50,971 nucleotides of DNA from Sulfurospirillum sp. (lineage in GTDB: Bacteria; Campylobacterota; Campylobacteria; Campylobacterales; Sulfurospirillaceae). Location of the stretch: positions 1 to 50,971 of the forward strand of contig JALSME010000013.1 of NCBI GenBank assembly GCA_026987955.1, read 5' to 3'. Below the pieces are notes generated by a model. That model saw only the letters and a list, made by a program, of their open reading frames with translations, did not search any database and had not been told where the DNA came from. Of this stretch, positions 10,318-19,616 are shown in pieces (position 1 is the first letter of the stretch; each line of letters starts with the position of its first letter). The translations under genes and the position numbers were made by a program.

Positions 10318-11820
10318 TTATCCAACAAATAGTGATTCATACGACAATTTAGCCATATCAATAAGTAAATCAACACCAGGAAAATATGCAACAAGCGTAT
10401 TTCCAACACCACCCCAGATAATAGCAAGTGCAATAAATGCAATCACTACAGGAGCAACTCCTTTTAGTGGAGGAACATTTGTCATCTCTGCACTTCTGTA
10501 AAAATACATAATAGCAATAAGTTTAAAATAGTAATATACCGATATAAAAGTAGCAATAATTCCAACTACTGCTAATATGGTATTTCCAGCTTCTATGGCA
10601 CCTGTAAAAATATAGAACTTTCCGATAAACCCGATAGTAGATGGAATACCAGCTAAAGAAAGCATAAATATACTAAGCATTGCAGCCATATATGGTCTTA
10701 TTTTAGCAAAGCCTCTAAAATCATCATATGTAATTCTAAGATGATCATCAGATGAAATATATGCAATCAAACCAAAAGCTCCTACTGCAGATAAAAAGTA
10801 AGCTACAAGATAGAATATAATTGAGCTTGCTCCACTCTCACCGAGTGCACTTATAGATGTAAATGCAATTAAAAGATAACCTGTATGAACAATACTTGAT
10901 GCTACAAGCATTCTTTTTAAAGATTTTTGAATAATAGCTAAAAAACTACCATATGCAAGAGTAAGGATAATTACATACACAAGTGCATCATCCCAAAAAT
11001 CACGAATAAGATCAAAATCTACTATAAACAGTCTAAGAACAAAACCAAAAATAGCTGCTTTAAATGTAGCTGCCATATAGGCAGTTACAGGCAGAGGTGC
11101 TCCACTATAAACATCTATTGCCCAATTTTGAAAAGGAAATGCTGCAATTTTAAATAAAAATGTAATCAAAATCATAGTTCCACCTATGATAAGTAGGTTC
11201 ATATTTGTTGCGAATGTATTAAGTGACATATCGCCAATTGTTCCAATTGTTGTTGTTCCTGTTGCACCATAGACAAATGATGTTCCTAAAAGAAAGAATA
11301 CACCAGCGAGTGAACCCAGTACCAAGTATCTATAGCTTGCTTCAATCCGCTTTGAAATTACTTTTTCAAAACCAATCATAACATAGAGTGATATAGATGC
11401 AATTTCAAGTGCAACAAATGCACTTATTAGTTCGTTTGCATGAACTAAAAGCATCATTCCAAAAACTGAAAAGAGAAAAAGAGAAAAAAACTCAACAGTA
11501 AACTCTTTATGTTTTTCAAAATAGTGTATTCCTATAAGTATAGTTAGTATAGCACCAAGTATTAAAATAGTACTAAAATAGCTTGCATATGTATCAACAA
11601 TAATCATCTTATTGAAGATATCTATAAACGGATAGTGTGAATACACTTCATCCCCAGTATTTAGATTATACAAGTTTGAAATAAACGCCATTGAAAGAAA
11701 CACCAATGTAGTTATTGAGCCTTTTCTTATAGTAACACTTTTAAATGTACTAACTATCATAAGTGATATAGCACCTAATCCTACAAAAAATAGAGGCAAT
11801 ACATATATAAAATCTATCAT
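10318..11820 (-). CDS. nuoN: complex I subunit N
   Basis: ALEIAS, FKIAAFPF..W..DVYSGAP, SLAGIPSTIGFIGKF. Confidence 0.95.
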   Translation of the reverse strand: MIDFIYVLPLFFVGLGAISLMIVSTFKSVTIRKGSITTLVFLSMAFISNLYNLNTGDEVYSHYPFIDIFNKMIIVDTYASYFSTILILGAILTILIGIHYFEKHKEFTVEFFSLFLFSVFGMMLLVHANELISAFVALEIASISLYVMIGFEKVISKRIEASYRYLVLGSLAGVFFLLGTSFVYGATGTTTIGTIGDMSLNTFATNMNLLIIGGTMILITFLFKIAAFPFQNWAIDVYSGAPLPVTAYMAATFKAAIFGFVLRLFIVDFDLIRDFWDDALVYVIILTLAYGSFLAIIQKSLKRMLVASSIVHTGYLLIAFTSISALGESGASSIIFYLVAYFLSAVGAFGLIAYISSDDHLRITYDDFRGFAKIRPYMAAMLSIFMLSLAGIPSTIGFIGKFYIFTGAIEAGNTILAVVGIIATFISVYYYFKLIAIMYFYRSAEMTNVPPLKGVAPVVIAFIALAIIWGGVGNTLVAYFPGVDLLIDMAKLSYESLFVG

Positions 11821-13296
11821 CTAGTTCCTTATTTGTAAAATATCTAGCAAATAGTGCTGTATAGTTGGTTCTATCTTATAGAAGAACCAATCTGGATATA
11901 TTCCCATTGCTATTATAAGAAAAGCTAAAGGCAACATTCCTAATATCTCTTTTTTATTCAAATCTGTCATTTTTGATACATCATTACCACTATCTGAAAG
12001 AATAGCTCTTTGAAACATCCAAAGCATAAAACTAGCTGCAATAAGTACTGTAAATGCAGAAACTATTCCGGCAGTTGGAGAAAAACCAAATGCTCCCAGA
12101 ATAATTAAAAATTCACTAACAAAGCCGTTTGTACCAGGAAGGCCCACTATACAAAGAAGCATAATTCCAAAAAAAACTGTAAAAATAGGTGCTTTTTTTG
12201 CTATACCTCCAAGTGCAGGAATGGCTTTTATACCTAAATCGTATTCCATTTTACCTACAAGTAAAAAAAGTCCACCTGTCGCCATAGCATGAGCAATAAT
12301 CAAAAAAGCAGCTCCTGTCATACCAAAAACATTTAGTGAAAAAATGCCCGTTACAATAAAACCTAAGTGAGAAGCTGAAGAGTATGCAAACATCTTTTTT
12401 ATATTTACTTGCATCATTGCTGCAATTCCAAAGTATATGAGACCAAATATTCCAATCCAAACGAAAATAGGAGCAAACTCTTTGTATAACTCTGGAAAAA
12501 TTGGCATTACAAATCTAACTATCCCGTAAACTCCAAGTTTAGCCATAATAGATGAAAGTAAAAAAACTCCACCCGTTGGCGAATTAGAGTAAGTTTGAAG
12601 TAACCAAGTATGAAAAGGGAAAAGGGGAATTTTGATTGCAAATGCTATCATAAAACCAAAAAATAGCCATATCTCCTCTGTTCTTGTTAAATTATTTATT
12701 TGAACAATATCATTTAGTGAAAAACTCCAAAATCCGTACTCATTAAAGAAAGAGACTCCTAAGTAAAGAATTGAAATCAACATAAATAGTGAACCCATAA
12801 TCGTAAATACTGTAACTTTTATTGTTGAAAAGACTCTATTGCCTGTTCCAAACATACCAATAATCATAAAAACAGGAAGTAGCATTGCTTCCCAAAAGAA
12901 ATAAAATAAGATCAAATCTTGAGAGAAAAGAGTTCCAGTAATACCAGTTTGAATAAGTAGCATACTTATCCAATACCCTTTTGTTCTTCCCTCCCATAAC
13001 CAAAGATATGCACTAGGTATTAGAGTTGCAATTAACATAAGTATTATCAAAGAAAAGCCATCAATACCTAGACTATAATTAATTCCATAACTTGATATCC
13101 ATGTATAGTGCTCACGAAACTGTAAAAAACCGGTTAACTCAAAGTTATAATATACACTACTAACTAAAGCAAAAATAACAATAGATGTTAAAAAAGCGGC
13201 ATTTCTTGTACCCTTTGCACCAAATGGCAGTATAAGAGTTGTAAATGCAACAAACATTGGTAAAAATATAATAATTGAAAGTATTCCAAAATCCAT
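11821..13296 (-). CDS. nuoM: complex I subunit M
   Basis: FYFFWE, IKIPLFPFHTWL, AYSSASH, GLPGTNGFVSE. Confidence 0.95.
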   Translation of the reverse strand: MDFGILSIIIFLPMFVAFTTLILPFGAKGTRNAAFLTSIVIFALVSSVYYNFELTGFLQFREHYTWISSYGINYSLGIDGFSLIILMLIATLIPSAYLWLWEGRTKGYWISMLLIQTGITGTLFSQDLILFYFFWEAMLLPVFMIIGMFGTGNRVFSTIKVTVFTIMGSLFMLISILYLGVSFFNEYGFWSFSLNDIVQINNLTRTEEIWLFFGFMIAFAIKIPLFPFHTWLLQTYSNSPTGGVFLLSSIMAKLGVYGIVRFVMPIFPELYKEFAPIFVWIGIFGLIYFGIAAMMQVNIKKMFAYSSASHLGFIVTGIFSLNVFGMTGAAFLIIAHAMATGGLFLLVGKMEYDLGIKAIPALGGIAKKAPIFTVFFGIMLLCIVGLPGTNGFVSEFLIILGAFGFSPTAGIVSAFTVLIAASFMLWMFQRAILSDSGNDVSKMTDLNKKEILGMLPLAFLIIAMGIYPDWFFYKIEPTIQHYLLDILQIRN

Positions 13297-13299
13297 AAT

Positions 13300-15186
13300 C
13301 TACCTCATCACTATAATTAAATATGTAGATATAACACTTATACCCATAAGCATTGAAAACGCATACATTCTTGTGTTTGCACTTTGTAATCTTGCAACTA
13401 CATTACCACTTCTTATAAAGCCATTGGATATTCCCATTACAATTTTATCAATAAAATTTATATCTAATTTATAAGATATAAATATACTTAATTTTTTTAA
13501 TTTATCTACAAATATTCTGTCATATATCTCATCTATATAAAACTTATTCCAAATCAGACCTGTATATTCAGGTACTTTACTCATATCGTAATTAAAGAAT
13601 TTTTTATATGCAATTAATAATCCAATAACTGCGGCTAAAATATTCAGTCCCATAAGATATAATTCTATAGAGTGCTCTACATGTAGAGCCTTACTATTCA
13701 AAATCTCAAGCCATATCCCAATATAATTTTGACCTCCCAATAACAAAGGAACACCAATAAATCCTGCCAGTATTGACCCTATCGCCAATATCACTAATGG
13801 CATTGTCATATTTTTTGAAAGAGAGTGCAGCTCTCTATTCTCCTTGTAGTTTGAGCCATGAAAAACAACAAACAGAAGTCTAAACATATAATATGCTGTC
13901 AAAACTGCCGTAATAACTCCAATAATCCAAATAAAATATTCACCTGAGCCAAATGCTGTTAATAAAATCTCATCTTTACTAAAGAAACCTGCAAATGGTG
14001 GAATTCCTGCTATTGCAAGTGTTGCTATTAGCATTGTAAAATAGACTAATGGAGTTTTTCTTCTCATACCACCCATTTTAAATATATTTTGTTCATGATG
14101 AAGTGCTACTATTACTGCGCCTGCTCCCATAAAAAGCAGTGCTTTAAAAAATGCATGTGTAAATACATGAAATATTCCTGCACTGTAACCACCAAGTCCA
14201 ACAGCTATAAACATATAACCAAGCTGACTCATTGTAGAGTATGCGAGTATTTTTTTAATATCAGTCTGTTTTGTTGCAATAATAGCAGCAAAAAGAGCTG
14301 AAAATGCTCCAATATAGGCTATAAAAAGACCTACATTGGGAATCATATCGTAAAGGAAATGAAACCTTGCTACCATATAAACGCCAGCAGTTACCATTGT
14401 TGCAGCATGAATTAGAGCTGAAACAGGAGTTGGTCCAGCCATAGCATCTGGCAACCAAACAAAAAGTGGAATTTGTGCTGATTTTCCAATTGCACCAATA
14501 AGCAGAGCCAACCCAATAAAACTTAAAACTTCTACAGGTACATTTGCCATACCCAGTTCTAAATTGATATAATCAAAACCATTGCTTCCTGCATAATAAA
14601 ACATTGTAATCATAGCAATAATAAAACCCAAATCACCAACACGATTTGCAATAAATGCTTTATTTCCTGCTTTTACATTTTCACTATCTTGATAGTAGTA
14701 GCTAATCAAAAGATATGAACAAACTCCAACACCTTCCCAACCGATAAACATAATAATTGGACTATTTGCTAAAACCAAAAGTAACATTGATGCTAAAAAA
14801 AGATTGAAATAGAAGAAAAACTTTCCATATCCATCATCATCTTTCATATAGCCTGATGCATATATGTGTATTAATCCACCTACAAAAGTGATAAAAAGAA
14901 CCATAAATATGGAGAGTTGATCAGCCATAAAGCCCATGTCTATGTCATAGCCATCAACACTTAGCCACTTATAAGCTCTATATATAATCACATCACTGTT
15001 TTCTAATAATCTAAAGAAAAATGATACTCCTAATACAAAACTAATAAATGGTGCAGTAAGTGCAAACATAGAAAAAACAATATTTGGAATTTTAGTTACT
15101 TTTATTGAGTAAAGGTACATAGTTCCTAATATTAATGAACTTAGAAGTGGAACCAAAACAATCCACGCTAATAAGAAGTTATCCAT
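13300..15186 (-). CDS. nuoL: complex I subunit L
   Basis: GWEGVG, GKSAQIPLFVWLPDAMAGPTPVSALIHAATMV, HAFFKA. Confidence 0.97.
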   Translation of the reverse strand: MDNFLLAWIVLVPLLSSLILGTMYLYSIKVTKIPNIVFSMFALTAPFISFVLGVSFFFRLLENSDVIIYRAYKWLSVDGYDIDMGFMADQLSIFMVLFITFVGGLIHIYASGYMKDDDGYGKFFFYFNLFLASMLLLVLANSPIIMFIGWEGVGVCSYLLISYYYQDSENVKAGNKAFIANRVGDLGFIIAMITMFYYAGSNGFDYINLELGMANVPVEVLSFIGLALLIGAIGKSAQIPLFVWLPDAMAGPTPVSALIHAATMVTAGVYMVARFHFLYDMIPNVGLFIAYIGAFSALFAAIIATKQTDIKKILAYSTMSQLGYMFIAVGLGGYSAGIFHVFTHAFFKALLFMGAGAVIVALHHEQNIFKMGGMRRKTPLVYFTMLIATLAIAGIPPFAGFFSKDEILLTAFGSGEYFIWIIGVITAVLTAYYMFRLLFVVFHGSNYKENRELHSLSKNMTMPLVILAIGSILAGFIGVPLLLGGQNYIGIWLEILNSKALHVEHSIELYLMGLNILAAVIGLLIAYKKFFNYDMSKVPEYTGLIWNKFYIDEIYDRIFVDKLKKLSIFISYKLDINFIDKIVMGISNGFIRSGNVVARLQSANTRMYAFSMLMGISVISTYLIIVMR

Positions 15187-15502
15187 TTGCTGTATCCTTC
15201 TGTTTTAGTACATTAAAAATATCAGAATTCAATGATTTTTTATTTCTATATAGAACAACTATTAGTGAGAGAAAAACAGCAGCTTCAGCGGCTGCAATTG
15301 CTATGATTATCATTGCCATAACTTGTGGTTCCATAGATTCATTGTATCTTCCAAGTGCTACAAATATGAGGTTTACAGCATTTAACATAAGCTCAATTGA
15401 CATATATACTATAAAAATATTTTTGCGAGAAATAATACCAAGAAAACCTATGGAAAAAAGTATCATAGCAAGTGCGATATATGATAAAAGTAAATCAGCC
15501 AT
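15179..15502 (-). CDS. nuoK: complex I subunit K (start MADLLL)
   Basis: MSIELMLNAVN, AAAEAAV. Confidence 0.93.
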   Translation of the reverse strand: MADLLLSYIALAMILFSIGFLGIISRKNIFIVYMSIELMLNAVNLIFVALGRYNESMEPQVMAMIIIAIAAAEAAVFLSLIVVLYRNKKSLNSDIFNVLKQKDTANG

Positions 15503-16004
15503 CTCTATTTTTATCCTTTCTTGCATATACAACTGCACCAACCAATGATGCTAAGAGTAGCATAGATATCAACTCAAATGGAACTAGCCACTTGTTAAAT
15601 AGCTCCATACCAAAACTGTGTATAGAGCCAAAATCTTTTCCTAATATATTCATAGATTTTTCAGGAAAAGTGTTGAAAGCTTTTAAAATCAGTATATTAA
15701 ATGGTATTAGCAAAATAGCGCCAATAATAATTGTAATATTTTTATTTGGCTCATCTGGTAATTCATCATCTCTTATGTTTAAAAACATAATTATAAATAG
15801 AAGCAGTGTTATAATTGCTCCGGCATATAGTATTATTTGTACCATAAATAAAAATGGTGCACTCAAGAGTGCAAAAATACCACCAAGTGAAATAAGCGTC
15901 ACAATAAGACTAATGGCAGAATGCATCGGTTGAGAAAACAATATCATACCAAATCCACCTCCAATAGCGAAAATGGCTAAGCCTAGAAATATTATGTCTA
16001 CCAT
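15495..16004 (-). CDS. nuoJ: complex I subunit J
   Basis: QIILYAGAI, PFELIS. Confidence 0.93.
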   Translation of the reverse strand: MVDIIFLGLAIFAIGGGFGMILFSQPMHSAISLIVTLISLGGIFALLSAPFLFMVQIILYAGAIITLLLFIIMFLNIRDDELPDEPNKNITIIIGAILLIPFNILILKAFNTFPEKSMNILGKDFGSIHSFGMELFNKWLVPFELISMLLLASLVGAVVYARKDKNRDG

Positions 16005-16504
16005 TAATTGCTGCCTTTCATAGGTTTATGAGAAAGTAGTGTATCTCTATCCAAAACAAAGTCCTCTCTATTTTTCTTTACAAAGCTAAATATACCTGTA
16101 TCCATGCGTATTGCATCGCAAGGACATGCTTCAACACATCCACCACAAAACACACATTCGAGTAAATCAATGCTAAATTTTGAAGGCATCTTTTCATCCA
16201 CTCCATCTTCTCTTTCTACTGCCTCAATAAAAATACACTCAGCTGGACAAGCAGTAGCACACATAAAACATGCTACACATCGTACGCTATCATCTTCTCT
16301 TTTAGTAAGTCTATGAACACCTCTGTACCTGCTTGTAATATCTTTTGGTTGCTCCTCTGGGTAGCAAATTGTCTCTATATTTGAAGTATCTTTTAAATTC
16401 TTCATAAAGTGTGAAAATGTTACTTTTAAGCCTCCGACAATAGCCAGAAGGTATAATTTCTCTTTTAAACTATCTCCATGTCTTGGAACAATTTTAACTC
16501 CCAT
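16004..16504 (-). CDS. nuoI: complex I subunit I (start MGVKIV)
   Basis: two CxxCxxCxxxCP motifs. Confidence 0.94.
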   Translation of the reverse strand: MGVKIVPRHGDSLKEKLYLLAIVGGLKVTFSHFMKNLKDTSNIETICYPEEQPKDITSRYRGVHRLTKREDDSVRCVACFMCATACPAECIFIEAVEREDGVDEKMPSKFSIDLLECVFCGGCVEACPCDAIRMDTGIFSFVKKNREDFVLDRDTLLSHKPMKGSN

Positions 16505-16506
16505 AT

Positions 16507-17790
16507 CTAAACTCCCAACATAACGACAAATGTGCCAGTTATAAAGACATTGGCAATAGCAATTGGCAATAGTACTTTCCATGCCAAGTTTTGCAATTGG
16601 TCATATCTAAATCTTGCTAGAGTCCATCTAACCCATATAAAAAAGAAGTTCATCATTAGAAGTTTAACCACAAAAGTCATGACTTGTAGGGCCGCAACTG
16701 AGATATTTACCCCATTCTCACCTATACCAAATAGTAAAAATATCCCTAAAAACAAAATAATAATTATATTTATAATAACAATTCCTGTAATAAGCCATTT
16801 TGTCTCTCTATTTCTTGCATCATTTTTATCTAGCCAGACATTATTTTTCTTTATCCAACCTGCAAACATATAACTCAAAATAGGGATAGTAACAATTAGC
16901 ACAGCAAAAATAGTCGTTATATTATTTTTTAACACCTCAGTATTGAGCCAAGGTATTTGGTAACCACCTAAAAAAAGAGTTACAATCAAGGCACTTGCTA
17001 CACCCATGGCAATATACTCACCAACAAAGAAAAGCCCAAATCTCATTGCACTATATTCTGTGTGAAATCCACCAACAATTTCACTCTCTCCCTCTGCAAT
17101 ATCAAATGGAGCTCGATTAGTCTCTGCAAATGCTGTTATGATAAATAAAATCGCAGCAACTGGTTGTACTATAATACCCCAAGCAGGAATAAAACCCCAA
17201 ACTAAGTTACCTTGAAATCTAACCATGTCACCCATATGAATTGAGCCATAGACTATTAGCATAGAGACTATAGAGAGTCCCATAACCGCTTCATAACTTA
17301 CTACTTGAGCTGCTGCTCTAATTCCTCCAAGAAGGCTATATTTATTGTTACTAGCCCAACCACCTAGCATAAGTCCATATATACCAAGTCCTGCAAATGC
17401 TAAAATCCATAGCATTCCAAACTCCATTGGTAGCGCCTGCATTATATAGCTTTTATCATCGATGACTAAGTCATCAGCAAATGGTATTGCCATAAAAGAT
17501 AGGTATGCAGTTGCAAAAACAATAACAGGGGAGAGAGTAAAAAGCATTTTTTCTTTAACTGCACCTGCCCTATAGTCCTCTTTAAAAACAAGCTTTAACA
17601 TATCTGCAAATGATTGTACTAATCCACCAAGTCTCACCCCGGCAATATTACACCTATTTGGCCCAAGTCTATCTTGCATAAATCCTGCAACTCGTCTTTC
17701 CATCCAAACTAAAACTGGCACAAAAACCAATGAAACTATTAATGCCATAACTATATTAAATATAACAATACTAACAAGTGTAGAATTCAT
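16507..17790 (-). CDS. nuoH: complex I subunit H, extended
   Basis: QDRLGPNR, SYE, ETNRAPFD, RFRYDQL. Confidence 0.95.
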   Translation of the reverse strand: MNSTLVSIVIFNIVMALIVSLVFVPVLVWMERRVAGFMQDRLGPNRCNIAGVRLGGLVQSFADMLKLVFKEDYRAGAVKEKMLFTLSPVIVFATAYLSFMAIPFADDLVIDDKSYIMQALPMEFGMLWILAFAGLGIYGLMLGGWASNNKYSLLGGIRAAAQVVSYEAVMGLSIVSMLIVYGSIHMGDMVRFQGNLVWGFIPAWGIIVQPVAAILFIITAFAETNRAPFDIAEGESEIVGGFHTEYSAMRFGLFFVGEYIAMGVASALIVTLFLGGYQIPWLNTEVLKNNITTIFAVLIVTIPILSYMFAGWIKKNNVWLDKNDARNRETKWLITGIVIINIIIILFLGIFLLFGIGENGVNISVAALQVMTFVVKLLMMNFFFIWVRWTLARFRYDQLQNLAWKVLLPIAIANVFITGTFVVMLGV

Positions 17791-19301
17791 AAGCTACTCA
17801 TTTTTATAGACTCTTTTTTTATATCTTCTAAATCAATATTCTTTATAATACTTGTTAAACTTTTATCCCAAATATCTCTACATGTAGAGCTTTGCTCTTC
17901 TAAAACAGTTGTTACTATATCACAAAGACTTTGTGTTTGTGTACCATATTCCACATGAGTTTTATGAAATTGTAAATAACCATCTATATTTATAAATGAG
18001 CCTTCCCTACTCATATGTGTTTTCATCGGAAGAAATAGGTCATATATCTCAGCACTTTTAGGCATAGATGCATTTATAGATACTTTAACACTAATATTTT
18101 TGTACTTATCAAATCCGCTAGCATCATCTCTACCTATAAGAATTAGCATTTCTGAACCACTAGCATACTCAACTAGATTGGCTTCTTTATCATCAATATC
18201 TAAAAGATTAAATCCTCTTCTATTGGTTGAAAGGTCACTACACTTTAAGTAATCGTCGCCAAACTTTGGATCATGCTCATTAATATCATATCCACTTATT
18301 TTTGCATCATAATATTTAGCGAGTCTCTTTACCTCTACCATCTCTTCTAAAGATAGTGATGGTGAGAGCAGAAATAGTGCCTTTCCATGGTGCCTTTTTA
18401 AAAGTCTAACTAACTTTCCTGTTGCATACTCATGCTCACTCTCGTTACCTCGTATCTGTGCATATGAATCTCTGTTTTTATTTTCTATTTTATAGCTAAG
18501 TCTACCATCGTCACAAATAAAGTAGCCATTTACTCTATCATTGTATCTAGGTCTGTATCTAAAAATTGTATCATCCTCATACTTTGCTTTATGGTGATCA
18601 ACATATATTGAACAACCTTTTGAGCAACCATTACATATGCCTTCATCTGGTTTTAAAAACCAAACTCTTTTATGAAAACGAAAATCACTGCTTGTAAGTG
18701 CTCCGACCGGACATAAATCAACAACATTCATAGCATATGGATTTGAAAGAGGTTTACCAGGAAAAGTAGTTATAACAGAGTGATCAGTTCTATTTAAAAC
18801 TCCTAACTCTTTTGTTTTAGTTATATCTTTTGTAAATCTTACACATCTAGTACACAAAACACAACGCTCTTGATCTAGTACAACATTTGCACCAATATCA
18901 ACATGCTTCTGTCCTCTAGTTTTTGTAGTACTTAGCCTACTCTCATAAAGGCCAACATCCATATAGTAGTTTTGCAAAGAGCATTCACCTGCTTGATCAC
19001 AAACTGGACAGTCGATTGGGTGATTAATAAGTTCCATCTCGAGAATTTGCCGTTTAACTCTTTGTATACTATCACTTTTGGTACGAATAACCATACCATC
19101 CTTAATAGGTGTATCACAAGCTATTTGTGGGCGCTTCTTTCCTTCGATTTCAACCATACACATTCTACAATTTCCATCTTTACCTAGAGCTGGATGGTAA
19201 CAAAAATGTGGTATTTCTATACCATTTGCCAAGAGTTCCTCTATCAATAAAGCATCATCTTTAACTTTTATCTCTACATCGTCAACGGTTATTGTTGCCA
19301 T
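17787..19301 (-). CDS. nuoG: complex I subunit G, short form
   Basis: CYH...GNCRMC, HPIDCPVCDQAGEC, CVLCTRC, CPVGAL, CNGCSKGC. Confidence 0.93.
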   Translation of the reverse strand: MATITVDDVEIKVKDDALLIEELLANGIEIPHFCYHPALGKDGNCRMCMVEIEGKKRPQIACDTPIKDGMVIRTKSDSIQRVKRQILEMELINHPIDCPVCDQAGECSLQNYYMDVGLYESRLSTTKTRGQKHVDIGANVVLDQERCVLCTRCVRFTKDITKTKELGVLNRTDHSVITTFPGKPLSNPYAMNVVDLCPVGALTSSDFRFHKRVWFLKPDEGICNGCSKGCSIYVDHHKAKYEDDTIFRYRPRYNDRVNGYFICDDGRLSYKIENKNRDSYAQIRGNESEHEYATGKLVRLLKRHHGKALFLLSPSLSLEEMVEVKRLAKYYDAKISGYDINEHDPKFGDDYLKCSDLSTNRRGFNLLDIDDKEANLVEYASGSEMLILIGRDDASGFDKYKNISVKVSINASMPKSAEIYDLFLPMKTHMSREGSFINIDGYLQFHKTHVEYGTQTQSLCDIVTTVLEEQSSTCRDIWDKSLTSIIKNIDLEDIKKESIKMSSL

Positions 19302-19471
19302 AAGTTGAAAACCTTACATAAGAAAATTGTATAATTTTACCCCTATCAAACTTTAAAGTAGCTGTTAAATAAACTCTTAATAAGAAATTAAACCTGAATT
19401 ATGTAATAAGCTAAATTAGATCGTATGATTTAGGATGGGTATATAGCAGAAATTATGTAAAATTTAAATAG

Positions 19472-19548
19472 TGGTGTCCTCAATGCGATTCGAACGCATG
19501 GCCTCTTGATTAGGAATCAAGTGCTCTATCCAGCTGAGCTATGAGGAC
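19472..19548 (-). tRNA. tRNA-Arg(CCT)
   Basis: cloverleaf on minus strand, anticodon loop TTCCTAA, GTTCGA T-loop, encoded CCA. Confidence 0.95.
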
Positions 19549-19560
19549 AAAAATTGGAGT

Positions 19561-19600
19561 AAAAAAAAGCCAAGTATGCATATGCACACTTGGCTAAAAA
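19561..19600 (-). terminator. intrinsic terminator after fusA
   Basis: AGCCAAGT...ACTTGGCT stem followed by a T-run on the minus strand. Confidence 0.8.
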
Positions 19601-19616
19601 TTAAATAGGGATTATT

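Noticed and set aside
5269-19548. nuo cluster as a genomic island integrated at tRNA-Arg
   Set aside because: No integrase is present, only a 7-bp match (TGGTGTC near 5420) to the tRNA 3' end, no visible composition shift, and the cluster carries the host palindrome.
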